Of a stretch of DNA of 64,000 nucleotides, positions 12,710 through 26,644 are shown piece by piece. Both the position numbers and the translations under genes were made by a program. The stretch lies in assembly GCA_038087875.1 (NCBI GenBank), contig CM075992.1, positions 11,844,001 to 11,908,000 on the forward strand, read 5' to 3'. The DNA is from Malacoraja senta (taxonomy: Eukaryota). Position 1 is the first letter of the stretch. Every line of letters begins with the position of its first letter. The notes under the pieces were generated by a model that worked only from the letters and a program-made list of their open reading frames with translations, did no database searches and had not been told where the DNA came from.

Positions 12710-15700
12710 TTTATTTTATGAGGAGGTACGTTGGTGATTACGTGAAGAAGACCCGTCAGGGCGCCTGCGTGTCAATCTTCAAAGCAACGGTGTGAAATCA
12801 CAAACAACAAGAACAAAGTAATATAGTAACCTAATAAAATGAGTAAATTAAGAACTTCCATCTGACCTTTATGATAGAGGGTTGGCCGTGGTGGGCACGT
12901 AATCACCAACGTAACTCCTCATAAAATAAAGATCAAACTGGTAAGTTTTCATTTAATCTTACTATTTTACTTCGGAGTCGCGTGAGTGACTACGTGAAGA
13001 ATTTAAAGCTTTGTGATTTTCATGCCGCAGATACAAATCCCGGCTTCTCACTGCATTGATTGACTCGGAATGAGAAATAACCAATAATGCATTAATAATG
13101 ACATTTGCATGACAAATGCAGTAATTCATTTATTTGAATAAAATAATTAACAGTATCCCCTTTAACCCAGGGAAATTTAAACAGAACGTAATATAGTATC
13201 TGCAAACAGCCCCGTATTGGCAATAGGCCAATGGTAAAAGTGTTGACACACCAACTTATTAGATCACCCGGCGGCCGCGAAAATATGGTCGACGGGTCGT
13301 CCTTCACCCTGGCCGCCAATGTTGCTGCTAAATTAAATGGGATCCAAAAACATCACTGTTCCCACCTGCAGCAACCAAACTTGTTTTAACCATCTTAAAA
13401 TAGTCTGAACTGACACTATCTTGTATGGTTTTTCGTGAATGATAAACAATCTTGTTTTCATATTTCATAAGACCGTTGTAGCCTCAATGTATTGCAACAA
13501 ATATGTCTTAACATATAGACATGGATCCATGGAATATGCTAATACAACACTCTTGAATCCTGTCACACCTGATCCTACTTCATTTGAGTAGGTCATAAAA
13601 TGTAAAACATAACATAATCCTGATGTACTTCCATCTGTAACTTTTGTAATGTCTGCACTCTCTGTATTTGTTACAAATGCCATAAGCATGACTACCTTCA
13701 TGCTGAACTTGGCCAAATCAGAATCGTACCAAGAGTCCATTGATGAAGTAGCTTAAAACCACTCTATATTCCAGATTCCCATACCTAGGTTTAGAAGGTC
13801 TGGAATTAAAATTTCCTTTCATTAATCTGGAAATGAAAGAACGAGACTCAACAGGATATCTTTCCGACCTCATCAATAAAAAACGAGGATAATGTACTGC
13901 TGGCTGAATAAAATGCACTATCTCAACCCCTCAAATAGAGTGTTGAGAAAACCCAAGACATTTGAGACATGTGCCGTACAACATTTCATATTCTTTTATA
14001 CACAGAAAATTTTTCCCCATTCTTACATAATGGGAAAGCAGCATTTACAGAGTCACAACTCAGATTCACAAATGTCCTGCTTTTGAGTACTCTTCCACCA
14101 GACTGCTGTAAGCATATCCACAGTATGCCCAGACAATCCTCTTTTTAAAAACCTGCAAATTAACAGATCCATACAGGCATATGACGGATGTTACTCTCCA
14201 ATTATCGGATACACCAGTAACTACCTTCTTTTGGGAACCTTTATCAGAAACTGTGTCATAAATTCCAATATCAAAGGGAACCATGGCTGTGTAGACCAGT
14301 CTGGTACCACCAGTACCCCAGAGGCAGCATCCTGCTTCATTTTAAGCAGACACCAGTTTATGAGACAGAATGATGGAAAATGCATATAAAAACATACCAT
14401 CCTAATGTAGCGAAAAACATCAATCACTACTGTCTCCCGATGTAGTCCCATAACACATATCTCTGTAACTGGTGATTGAGTTTGGATGGAAAACAAGTCG
14501 TATCTGGCTTCCCAAATCTGACTACTATATCATTAAAATCTTAAGGTTCAACATCCATTCTTTGTTATCAAGGAAATTCCTGTAACCTTGTGTCTGCTAC
14601 TATATTGAATCTAACTAGTAGATAGATAGCTGAAACCAAATATTTGTCAACACACCAAGTCCAGATTTGATTAGCCAATTTGTCATATGACACCAACTGA
14701 ATTCCACCCATACAATTAATACATGCCATTGCTGTAGTGTTGTTAATTTGAAACTGAACATGCAGATTAGTTGTATTTAATAACAAGCTTGGAGTTCATA
14801 AGCCTTCCAATAGCTGTAAAACGTCGATTCTCCATGTCTGCAAAATAATACTTCTTCCAAATTCCATCTGTCCACAGATGGATACCTTTTCAGTGGCACC
14901 AATTCTAATGCACTGACATCAGTCTGTACGACCATGGAAGGCTGTTCAATCAGTATCTTGCTTGAACTACTGCAAACATGTTAAATCCACCACTGCAATC
15001 AGAAGCAGCATTTGTTGTTTAACAGCATAGCCTATCAAAATTGGCCACCATGCATCTTAGTGCCTTTTCTTTTTGCAGTCTGTAGCTGCTGGTAGTACAA
15101 TGGTCCATATTGTATTGCTGAAAATAACACTAATTTTCCTAGCAAGCTGGCCACCTGTCTTAATTGAAGATTGTTGCTTTTCCAACAGCTTAATGCAACC
15201 ATCAATTAGCTCTACCCTTTACCCTGGGTAAATTACTACCCTGTCAATTGAATCAATTGTGAAATTAAAATAATCAATTGTTGTAAGTGGCATTAACCTT
15301 AATTTCTCTCTGGATGAATTAAACCCAACTTTCAAAAGTGGATTGAACAATTGAGAGAGATAACTCACTAATTCTTTTGTTCGTCCTAATTAGGACATCA
15401 TCTAGTTAAGCCATCAACATCTGTCCTTGGACTCTAATTAGCCCCAAAATTGGTTTTACCAATTTAGTGAAATTCTAGGAACTGAAGTTAACCCATTGCA
15501 CAGAACTTTGAATTGCCATAATTGTTCATTCAGATAAATTTCAAATATTTTTATCTTATAAATGAACAGACACTAAGTAATATACATCTTTCAGATCTAT
15601 GTGCTATATAACATCTTTTGAAATAAGTTGTTTGGCAGTCTCAAAGTCTCCATTTTGAAGTGTGTATACTTCACAAAAAAATTTTAAGACTTGTCAGATC

Positions 15701-17249
15701 TAAAATACTCATCACCTTTTTAGGTCGAGAAATTTTAAACACAATTTGGTGGTTTTGATAAACCGATCTTTCAATTAATTACTTGTTTATAGACAAGTTT
15801 TCAATTCAGCTTGAACCTCCATCACTTCTTTTTGTGAAATTGGAGTGTTCTGCTTGGAACCTGCTGGATGGCAAATCAGTATTTGGATCGAATCAATTTG
15901 AAACTTTTGAATAATACTCAGAATAATAAATCTGAAGTAATTTGCTTCCAATATTTGGTTATTTTTGCCTTAATATATTCCCATGAGAACCAGGTCCACC
16001 TACCTCCTTTGTCACCTGAGTGATCTGTGGTCCCTGGCTCCTGGCAGGAAAAACCCATGCTTTTTCGTTTTCCCGACTGTGCCCCTGCTTCAATGGTCGA
16101 TTTGTTCCTGGTGTAGGCCCAGTATTTTGTATGATGTCTGAAAGGATACCTCCTCTTTGCAGACTTGCCGACCATTGATGTTTTGATCAACCTCGCTGTT
16201 TTTGCCTCATCATCCAACTCTTCTCTGAAGAGTAAGTTGAATGACTGCACATTGCTGGGCTTTACAGAGTTGCTGCAACTTGGGGTTGATGGTGGGCCGA
16301 ATGGCATACTTCCTGAAACAATTCATCTCGAAGTGGGCGCTACATAGCAACCCTAGTGCCACTTGATGCATCTCCATCCCTGGCCTCAATCCATTGTTTT
16401 TGCAAATTGCAGTTGTTCATCAACCCAGCAGCTTCAATATTCTCTGCAGTTTACTTTTCTTAGGCTCACCTGCCTTCGTCCATCTGACTCCTTATATCTT
16501 GGCTCACTGCTAGTACTTTCAGCAATACGCAGTTCCTTGGGGTCTCGTGCTGTTTTAGCATTTTCATCCATCGTAAGCTACTGGAGCTGATGGGAGACAC
16601 AATAGTTGATCGCAGAGGCCACTTCTTCTCCCAGTGGCTCTCCTGACTCTGACGGGGCAGCGAATCGTACTGCCAGGAATAAAACATCTGGCAGCTGCCG
16701 TCTTCGCTTGTATCGGAAACTCTGCTGACTCTGTGCACGCGCCTCATCAATGAGGGTGCTCTTAAACAGCCCTTTGCTAGGTGCTGCTGACCTGGCTTCT
16801 GGAGCCTGGCTTTGGCTACACTCGTCCCTGAGTGTGCTTTTCTCCAGTAACCTGTGTAACGGGCTTTTCATCTGAGAAATCCGCTCCAAAAGTGGTATCC
16901 AGATCGGACTCCTCCTCCGTGGGCCTCATGGACTTGACTTTAGCCTTGCGCCCCACTGGTGCTGACTGAGATATTTTCAACCCCAAGTCCACAGTCGCTA
17001 CGTTCCCAGCCAGCGACTGTACAGGGGTCTGAGGCAGCTGTTCACCGACCCCAATCTTGTGACTTTCCACCGGCTTTGCCGCGCGCCTCTTCCCCTTGTC
17101 CATTTTTTCCATGGCACCTGTGGAACAAATCCCCACAGACCCACAGCAAACGGACCCGGAAATATCGAAAAAAGTTTTTTTAAATTTACCTTGTAGTTTA
17201 CAACTACATTTCCACTAGAGGAGCGCTGCTCCTCACAAATGTTCGCGCC

Positions 17250-20200
17250 TCTTCATTTACTTCAAAATCTAGAGGCACGTCAATCATCATAAGAAAAGGT
17301 ATACCATTTAAAGCAAAGAATATTATAACAGATATAGAAGGGAGATACCTAATAGTTAATGGAGAAATCCATGACACTCCACTTTGGTAAATATATATGC
17401 CCCTAACTTTGATAACCCCCACTTTTTCAATAAAATTTTCAACATAATTGCAGAGTCAAACTATCAAAATGTTATAATAGGAGGAGACTTTAACTGTGTT
17501 TTAGATCCGTACTTAGATAAATCAAGTCAAAAACAGAGAGGGAATATGAAATCGAAAACTGGGGAACTCCTCAATACCTATATAAATAACACTAATATAG
17601 CAGATGTTTGGAGAATTGTTAATCCAACTGGCAGGGAATATTCGTTTTACTCAATGGTACATAAGACATACTCACGTATAGACTACTTTCTGCTGGATAC
17701 AAAATTAATCCCCCAAACATCTAATGCAATATACCATACAAATTCAATTTCAGACCATTCCCCACTAACTTTCTTTTTAAAACTGGAAGGATTGTCTAAG
17801 AATAAATCGTTCTGGAGATTTAATTCTCAAATTTTAAAAGATCCACAAGCGAGTATATATTTAAAAGAACAAATGGAGGTCTTTTTTCAAACAAATGATA
17901 CTTCAGATATATCGCCTACTTTACTTTGGGAATCTTTTAAAGCATACATTAGGGGTATTATAATTTCATATCAAGCTTTTCAAAATAAAAAGAATAAGAA
18001 TGAACAAAGACAGTTAGAAGAACTTATTAGACAAATGGATATAGATAATGCTAAAGATCCATCAATAGATAAACATAATAAAATAATAATTTTAAAATTT
18101 AAATTAAATAAATTATTATCTGCCAAACTTATAAGACTTTTTCAAATTACAAAACAAGAGCACTTTGAATTTGGGGATAAACCGCATAAACTTTTGGCTC
18201 GCCAGCTAAAAAAACGAGAAAAGGAACATACTATACCAAAGATCAAATCAGATAAAGGGGAATTATTAACAACACCGAAGGATATTAATAAAAGATTTGC
18301 GCAATTTTACGAGAATTTGTATACATCTAAAACGATAATTGATTCCAATAATATCACAAAGTTCTTGGATACCTGTAATCTTCCAAAGTTAGAGCTGAAG
18401 GAACAAGAGGAACTGGGTGCACAAATCTCAATTAAGGAATTAGAAGATACAATAAACTCATTAAAGAATGGAAAAACACCAGGCCCTGATGGATTTACTA
18501 ATGAATTTTATAAAAGCTTTTATGATAAACTAATACCAAGATTACAAAAAATGTACCAATACGCTTTTAAAAAACGAATACTACCTGATACATTAGCGGA
18601 ATCAACGATTACACTAATACCTAAGAAAAATAAAGATTTAGAAGAACCTGGTTCATATAGAGCTATAGCATTGTTAAACACAGATCAAAAAATATTAGCG
18701 AAAACATTAGCTAGAAGATTAAGTAAATACATTAGTAAATTAATAAACCCAGATCAGACAGGGTTTATCCCTAAGAGATACTCTTCTAATAATATGAGAC
18801 GTCTACTCAACATAATGCACTCACACAAATCTGAAGATAAAGAATTATCAATTATTTCGCTGGATGCTGAAAAAGCATTTGATCAAGTAGAATGGAATTA
18901 TATGGATAAAGTATTACAAAAATTTCAACTGGGAGAGAATTTTATTTTATGGATTAAGTTACTATATAACAAACCTACAGCTAGAATACTAACTAATAAC
19001 ATATTATCCTCGAAATTTCAACTATCAAGGGGAAATAGACAAGGATGCTCATTATCACCACAGCTGTTTGCTCTCATTATTGAACCGCTAGCAGAAAAAA
19101 ATAGAATACACCCTGATATTCATGGATATAATACTAAAGACTCATATAATAAAATATCTTTATACGCGGATGATATATTACTGTATATTACAAAACCTCA
19201 AATCACTATACCAAATATATTAAATTTAATTGAAGACTTTGGATCTTTTTCTGGATATAGAATAAATTGGAATAAAAGTGAAATTATGTCAATAAAACCG
19301 AAAGATTCAACACATCTTTTAAAATTCCCTTTTAAAATAGCTACAGAAAAATTTAAATATTTGGGAATCGAAATTACCAGAACATATCAAGGTATGTTCA
19401 GGGCAAATTTTGACCCCCTACTTAATAAATTAAATACACTAATTAAATTCTGGAAAACGCTCCCGATGTCTTTAATAGGCCGAATAAACGCAATAAAAAT
19501 GATCTTTTTACCACAAATTTTATACCTATTTCAATCAATTCCTATATACTTACCTAAGAAGTTTAAAAAAAAACTCGACTCAGATATCACTAATTTTATA
19601 TGGGACTATAAATCACATAGAATACAAAAAACTCATCTGAATAAACCTAAAGTATTGGGGGGTTTAGCACTACCTAATTTTATGTATTATTATTGGTCAG
19701 TAACTATTAAAAACATGATTCAACTGATGGATAACTCCGCCCAGCAAGTAGACTGGATTGTAATGGAGAAAGAGGATTGCTCCTCTAGAAACATTGGAGC
19801 AATCCTCCTCTCTCCAATGAAACTGAATAACATAAATTATAATAAGAACCCAATTATTCATAGTACAATCCGTATTTGGAAACAAATAAAACAAAATTTA
19901 AAATTAAGAAATTTATCACTTTTATTACCTATAGTCCTTCTATTATAGATAAAGCTTATACACAATGGGATAGACTAGGAATTAAAACGCTTGGTGACTT
20001 GTATGAAACTGGAAAATTACTTTCATTTCAACAATTACAAATAAAATATAAACTCGGAAATAATCAATATTTTAAATATTTTCAAATATGCGACTATTTG
20101 AAAAAATATACAAAAGATCATTATAATAACCCAGTAGATGTATTGGACGAGGCAATGCAGATAAAAGCGGAATCAGCAAACTTAATATCATATTTGTATA

Positions 20201-21242
20201 ATATTATTTTAAATGTACAAATACCACCTACGGAGGGTATCAGAAGAGACTGGGAACAAGAGTTAGCTATTAAAATTTCAAAGGAAAGTTGGAATGAATA
20301 CTTATTAAACGTGCATAAATGCTCGATTAATGTAAGACACACTTTAATACAATTTAAAATTTTACATAGATTATATTATTCGAAAACTAAAATTCATAAA
20401 ATTTTCCCAAACGTATCATCTATTTGTGATAAATGTCAATCCCAAGAAGCTACTATAGCGCACTCATTCGTCTTCTGTACAAAAATTCAAAAATTTTGGA
20501 ATGAAATTTTTGAAATCTTTACAAAGTTATTTAAAACAAGACTGATACCCAAAGCAGAATGGATTATCTTCGGAATAACGGAAGATGATCCAGAACTAAA
20601 TGTGTTTCAAAAGAAATTAATGGACTATGGGTTAATAACTGGAAAAAAGCTAATTCTAAAATTTTGGAAGAAGGCTCCAATACCAACTATAAATATGTGG
20701 ATTTCAAATATGTTTGAAACATTGCACCTAGAAGAGATAAGACTCCTCCTAGCAGGTAAACCAAATCACTTCCACCTGACGTGGTCTGCATTTATAGAAT
20801 TATTACAAACATAGGGTGCAAAATTACTTTTAAAAAAATAAAAAATTGAGGTCAGGTAAGGGGGGATGATAGTTGAAGAGTTGGTATGTCCTATTTACGT
20901 AATGCTCAAAAAAACATTTTTTTTTTTTTTTTTTTTTCCTCTCTCTCTCTTTTTTTTCCTAGGGCCTATTTCTTAACTCTTTTTCTTTTGTTTTTAATTT
21001 CGCTCTTATAGGGTCTTCGTCCTTTTTTGTTGTTACATTTTCTACACTTTTCTACACTTTCACTTTTTCCTTCACTTTCTTCTTTCTTTCAATCTTTTCC
21101 TTTTCTAGTGTAAAAAAATAAATAAAGGGAGTACATTAATTGTAAGAAGATACAAATGACGAGTATTAATGTATGTGGTTGTAATGTAATTTACTTCTAA
21201 TAAATAAAAATTTAAAAAAAAATAAAAAAAAATAAAAAAAGA
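17250..21242 (+). mobile_element. 5'-truncated L1 LINE with 15-bp TSD
   Basis: TSD ACAAA(T/C)GTTCGCGCC at 17235-17249 and 21243-21257. Carries an EN-RT ORF2 and a poly-A tail. Confidence 0.95.
17384..20814 (+). pseudogene. L1 ORF2 (APE endonuclease, RT, CCHC-like end), one frameshifting deletion near 19935
   Basis: GGDFN, YSRID, SDH, PGPDG, DAEKAFD, RQGC and YADD motifs in ORFs 17384-19948 and 19876-20814. Confidence 0.9.
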
Positions 21243-21464
21243 ACAAACGTTCGCGCCAATGCATCTGATGTAATGATGCGCAGGCGCCCTAACGGGTCTT
21301 CTTCATGTCGTCACTCACGTGACTCCGAAGTAAAATTGTAAGTTAAAGGCGTATACGAGATGCTGTTCCTCCAGTTTGCGCATGGCCTCACTCTGGCAAT
21401 GGAGGAGGCCCAGGACAGGTCAGTATGGAAATGGGAAGGGGAGTTAAAATGGTTAGCAACCAGC

Positions 21465-21546
21465 AGACAGTGCCCGAGGCCAGGATCAAACTCAGGTTCC
21501 TGGCGCTGTGAGTCAGCAGCTCTGTCAGTCGCACCACTGTGCCACT
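21465..21546 (-). mobile_element. tRNA-derived SINE head fragment
   Basis: Minus strand GGCACAGTGGTGCG...CTCACAGCGCCAGGAACCTGAGTTTGATCCTG, with A-box and B-box-like motifs. Confidence 0.6.
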
Positions 21547-21729
21547 AATAAACTATATCACATGTGCTGATATACGATGAAAATCGGTGTATCATGGGTT
21601 ATCCAGTCAAATCATACCATACATAGGTACAACAGGTGGTGCAAAAAGAGAAAGAAAACAGAGTGCTGAATATAATGTTACAGCTACAGAGAAAGTGCAG
21701 CCAAGAAAAAGTGCAAGAGCTGTAACAAG

Positions 21730-23430
21730 GTGGAATGTGTATCAGGCACAAAACTTGCCACACGCATCTCCTTTAAACTTTGCTTCTCTCACCTTAAAGA
21801 TACGCCCTCCAGTATTTGATATTTCCATCTGCCATTTCTCCGCAGATCCCTGTAGCTGATCTATATCCCACTGTATACTTTGACAGCCTTCCTTACAGTC
21901 TGTGACCCCTGCAATCTTGGTGTCATCTGGAAAATTTACTAAATACCCAATAACATTCACATCCAAGTCATTTATATATATCACAAACAGCATAGGTCCC
22001 AGAACAGATCCCTGTGGGACTCCACTTGTCACAGACCTCCTACCTGAATATTGTGTTTCCACCACAGTCCTCTGTCTTCTATCTGTAAGGCAGTTCTGAA
22101 TCCATATGACCAAGTCACTGTTTATCCCATGCATCATAATGTTCTGAATCAACAAACCATGGGACCTTTATCAAATACCTTACTAAAATCCATGTAGACA
22201 ACAACCACTGCTCTACCCTCATTAATCATCTTCATCATCTCCACAAAAGAATACATCAAGTTAGTAAGACACAATCTAGCATGAACAAAGCCATGCTGAC
22301 TGTCTATCTTACCCAATCTCTTCCAAATGGGTGTAAATCTGTTACTGAGAAATTCTCTCCAATATCTTCCTCGCTGATGTGAGGCTTATTGAGCTAAATT
22401 CCCTGGATTCTCTCTACTTCCCTTCTTACACAAAGGAACAACATTAGTGACCCTTAAGTCTTCTGGGATGTCGTCTGTGCTTAGAGAAGATGCAAAGATC
22501 TTTGTCAATGCTCCTGCCCTCTTGTTGCTTTCAATAACCTGGGATAAATCCTATCAGGCCCTGGGTATTCATGCACCTTAATGGTCTTTAAGAGTCCCAA
22601 CACCTCCTCTTTCTTAATCACAAACTGCTCTTGCATATTAGTATTCTCCACACTGATCCTCCATGTCTTTGGTGTAAAGAGATGCAATATACTTGTTTAT
22701 TTACCTGACCCTTGACCAAGTACAAGTTCCCTCCCTTATCCTTGAGTGGCCCAACCTAATCCCTGCTGACCCTTGTTTTTAAATGTAGGTACGAAATGTA
22801 GGGTTTACTTTAATCTGATTTGCCAAAGTCAATTTGTGGCCCCTTTTGGCCCTTCTAATTGCCTGCTTGAGTTCTTTGCTCCTTGATTTACATTCCTTTA
22901 AATAATTCCTTTAATTCTGTCTTAAACTTGCATACAGTTGTTCTTTCCTTTTGATCCAATTTACAACCTCTTCATTCATACTAAGTTCTCTTACTTTGCA
23001 ATCCTTATCCCTCCTGCTTACTGGAACATGCCGGTCCTGAACTATAATCAAATGGCCTTTAAATGATTGCCACATGTCAATGTGGACTTACTAACAACTG
23101 CTTCCAATATTACCTCCTGAGCTCCCGTCTAATAACAACATAATGTGCAAATCATATTTAGTACCTTACAGCAAAGTCCAAATTTATCCCTATACAAAAC
23201 AAACTAAAACATACGGAGTCATGATCACTATCCCCAAAATGCTCTTCCACCATAACACCAGTCACTTGGCCTGATTCGTTTCCCAACACATGGATAAGTA
23301 TGTTCCCTTCTCGGGCTGGACTATCCATGTACTATTTCAGGAAACCATTGTGAATCTAGCTCACAAATTCTGCCCTGTCTAAACTCTTGGTACTCAGTAA
23401 GTCCCAATCCATATGGGGAAGTTAATGTCA
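21730..23430 (-). mobile_element. Old degenerate CR1-type LINE
   Basis: VTSGVPQGSVLGPMLFVIYINDL, FPDDTK and PGPDRIYPRLL remnants. Confidence 0.8.
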
Positions 23431-23445
23431 TCTATTGAGATAACC

Positions 23446-23645
23446 CTGGAGAAACTCAGCGGGTGAGGCAGCATCTATGGATCGAAGGAAATAGGCAATG
23501 TTTCGGCTCGAGACCCTTCTTCAGACTCAGTCTCGACACGAAATGTTGCCTATTTCCATTGCTCCATAAATCCTGCTGCACCCGCTGAGTTTCTCCAGCA
23601 TTTTTGTGTACCTTCGATTTTCCAGCATCTGCAGTTCCTTCTTAA
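23446..23645. mobile_element. Penelope-like terminal-repeat hairpin (short inverted repeat)
   Basis: 23447-23512 is approximately the reverse complement of 23532-23598. Carries CTGAAGA-stem-GAAAC on the minus strand. Family assignment is from recall. Confidence 0.6.
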
Positions 23646-24633
23646 ACACATTAATTGAGACAAATGTAGGTCACAGTCAGAAATAGGGGAAAAAGTGAAT
23701 ACAGAAATAGCAAACCAATTAATGAAATAATTTTGCACTGTCTTTGCAAAGGAGGATACTGATGATCTCCGAGAAATGTTGAGGAATACATGGTTGACGT
23801 AAAGGGAAGGAACCAAATAAAAGCCTACCATTGGGGAATTTGGGGTATTGTAGGGATAGATTGCCTGGGCCCGGTATCTGCATAATTTGGGAGGTGATCC
23901 TTAAAAAAGCAAATGTTTTAGTTTCAGGAACAGTTCCAATTGACCAGGAGGTAGCGATTGTAACACAAATATTTTAAAAAACAGTCTTGAGATAACAGAG
24001 AATTAGAGATCTGTTTGTCTGACATCATTGGTGAGCACAGTGCAAGAGTCATTAGGTTTAGGTTTATTATTTTCATGTGTACCGAGATACAGCAAGATGG
24101 CTGGGATAAATATGTAGCGAAGGGGCTGGTGCAGTGGGGAGGGCTTCACATACATGGATCATTGGGCTCACTTCCAGGAAAGGGACCTGTACAAGAGGGA
24201 CAGGTTGCACATGAATGGGAGGGTTACTAGTATCCTGGTGGAGAGATTTGCTTCGGCTACTTGGGAAGATGTAGACAAGTATGACACCAGGCTGGGACCC
24301 AAACCAATAGTGTGGCCAATAAGCAAATAGAGCCTGATATAGATGTTGAAATATAAGAGGCAACGGAAACTTGTTTATCTTAATATCATGTACGACATTG
24401 TGTGAGAAGGGCCTGTTCCTGTGCTGTACTATTATATGCTCTGTGTTTTGTGAAAATTACAAACAAATCCTATGTCATCTAATTACTCCCACTTGACTTC
24501 CGCTGGTGCCATGTTGGACTAACAGACGTGCACCTAGCTCGTCTCCCGAAAAATTTCACGATTTATCGTGTAAAACGGGTCCAGAAGTCGGGATTGTTTT
24601 TAAAAACCTTACCGGAGCTTCTGGTCGCGGCGC

Positions 24634-24647
24634 TGATGACGTCATCA
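24634..24647. promoter_or_regulatory. Perfect 14-bp palindrome with CRE core in L1 5' UTR
   Basis: TGATGACGTCATCA contains TGACGTCA, within a CpG-rich 5' UTR. Confidence 0.5.
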
Positions 24648-24839
24648 TTAAGCGCGATGTTTTAAACGGTGGTTTAAAGCCCTTTAAATGAGTAAACTGC
24701 CTCCAGCTGTGAGCCCTCAGAGATCAGTGAAAAAGCTGCTGAGAGACCAGAAGAAGCCTGAAGCAGGTTACCTCTGAAGACTCTGAAGTCTCTGAAGTGG
24801 CTGCAGAAATGGATACGATCTAAGAAAGAGTTTGATGAC

Positions 24840-25811
24840 TTGAAGAAATCAGTGAAAAATATGAAAGATGAGATTTTGGATGAAAATAAAATTATGATGG
24901 AAAATATGAAGGAAAATATGAAGGAAGATATGAAGGAAAATATGGCAAATATGATGGAAGGAATGGAGAAGATGATGAGGGATTTAAATGCTGATAATCA
25001 GAAGGCTATGGATGCTAGCAATCAGAATATGATTGATTCACTGGACATTATGAATAAACGAATTGATGAGGTGAAAGATGGACTATCAGAGAGAATGGAC
25101 AAGATGGATGAAACTACTACGGACAAGTTCACGGCTGTGCTTGAAACAGTAGCTGCAAGTATGCGCACAATTACGGAATTGGAGAAACACACGGCTCGAG
25201 TGCTTGAAGACATGGCGAAACTGAGGCAAGAACATGAGCAAATGAGGCGAGAAAATGAACAAACTTCACTACAGATGGTGACTCAACTCAGTAAAGTTTC
25301 AGAAAAATGCCTGGACCTGGAAGCTCGCTCTAGACGTCAGAATTTGAGAATTCTTGGAGTCTCAGAGGGAGCCGAGGGGGAGGATGTGCGTGAGTTTGCC
25401 ATGGGCTTGCTTAAACAACTGCTGAATCTTTCCAAAGAACCGAAAATCGAAGTGGCTCATCGTGTCCCAAGATTTAAACAAAGATCTGGTGCGGGAAAAA
25501 CTTATCCACGACATATTATTGTGAAATTTTGGGATATTATAGAACTGGAAGATGTTATGAGCAAAATCAAATACGGTGTGCAACTGCGGCTGGACGATGA
25601 CACTATTAAGATATTCAGGGACTACCCGTATGAAATTGTGCAAAAAAGAAACAAATTCGAGAAGGTTAAGGATCTTTTAAGAGGGAGAGAAGGGATCAGA
25701 TATGGGATTTTTTACCCTGCGAAAATGCGTATTTCCTTTAAGGGTCTTGAAAAGTCATTTGTTAAGCCTGAAGACGCATTTAAATATGCCCAAACTATCG
25801 TTGAAAAATAG
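24840..25811 (+). CDS. L1 ORF1p (coiled coil + RRM/CTD, Transposase_22-like); original start probably ATG 24688, now disrupted
   Basis: DLEARSRRQNLRILGVSEGAEG, IEVAHRV, PRHIIVKF and YPAKMRI motifs. Confidence 0.88.
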   Translation: MKKSVKNMKDEILDENKIMMENMKENMKEDMKENMANMMEGMEKMMRDLNADNQKAMDASNQNMIDSLDIMNKRIDEVKDGLSERMDKMDETTTDKFTAVLETVAASMRTITELEKHTARVLEDMAKLRQEHEQMRRENEQTSLQMVTQLSKVSEKCLDLEARSRRQNLRILGVSEGAEGEDVREFAMGLLKQLLNLSKEPKIEVAHRVPRFKQRSGAGKTYPRHIIVKFWDIIELEDVMSKIKYGVQLRLDDDTIKIFRDYPYEIVQKRNKFEKVKDLLRGREGIRYGIFYPAKMRISFKGLEKSFVKPEDAFKYAQTIVEK

Positions 25812-26644
25812 AAATCAAAGGGGGGTTTGGCAGAGCTGAACCATTCTAAGCAATGCTTTGTCTGGGGATAGTTAGACTGTTATCTTTGGAATGTTGAATC
25901 AAGGACACTTTCTGTTCAAAACGAGTAAACAGCTGAACAGACGGGAATGGTATATACCAGAAGCATTTACTTGCTTATTAGACTATAATATTAAAACCAA
26001 TTGTAAGAACTTATCCTATTAACAACTTAATAAGTTATGCATGTTAGATTAGAATACTAACAAAAACAAAAATAAAAAATAACGAACTAACATACTAATA
26101 TGAATTTTTAATAAATTGAAACCTTATCTATGTGGGAGATGGGGATGAGAAACGAGCACCTGGCTTAGGCCCAGGGGTACGTCTCGTTAACCCCTTCAAC
26201 CAACAATTGATTCTTATTGAAGTCAAAAGTATCGGTTTAATAATTAGTAGTTAAAATTCCAATATATATATATATGTTATAATGAAATATATAGGGTAAA
26301 ATTGTATTATATATCTGAATGTGAGGCCCCGTTTTAATATTTTAATATGTTATGATTAACCAACAGAGCGGAGCTATTTGTGTAACAACGCAATGGAAGT
26401 CAAAACAAGGTTTTTTCCCACCTACAGGTGGGACACTCGCTACAATGACGACTATATCAGACACTGTATTTTCACTTTTTTAGGGTTTTTTTCTCACATA
26501 AAATCACATGTTTGTGTTTTGTGTTTAGTGATAAGCGTAAAATGGACATACCAACAAAACTTAAAAACTCAAAGGTTCCCCCAATACCCAAAGACATGGG
26601 ATATGGATGGTCCACAAGATTTAAAGGTACTATAATTATTCAAA

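Larger units (their letters stand above)
12710..21336 (-). mobile_element. Degenerate near-full-length DIRS1-type element (gag-like, RT/RNaseH, methyltransferase-like, YR; ITRs + ICR), interrupted by L1
   Basis: Left ITR ~21279-21336 is inverted relative to right ITR ~12741-12769. ICR at ~12897-13000 is complementary to both termini. MT-like remnant FPSFCLI...GVLVVPDWSTQPWFP (14221-14496); RNaseH remnant QINNTTAMACINCMGG; YR remnants at 13300-13920. Confidence 0.85.

Noticed and set aside
14221..14496. Bacterial-type DNA adenine methylase / horizontal transfer
   Set aside because: A methyltransferase-like domain after RNaseH is a standard DIRS1 component, and this one is decayed.
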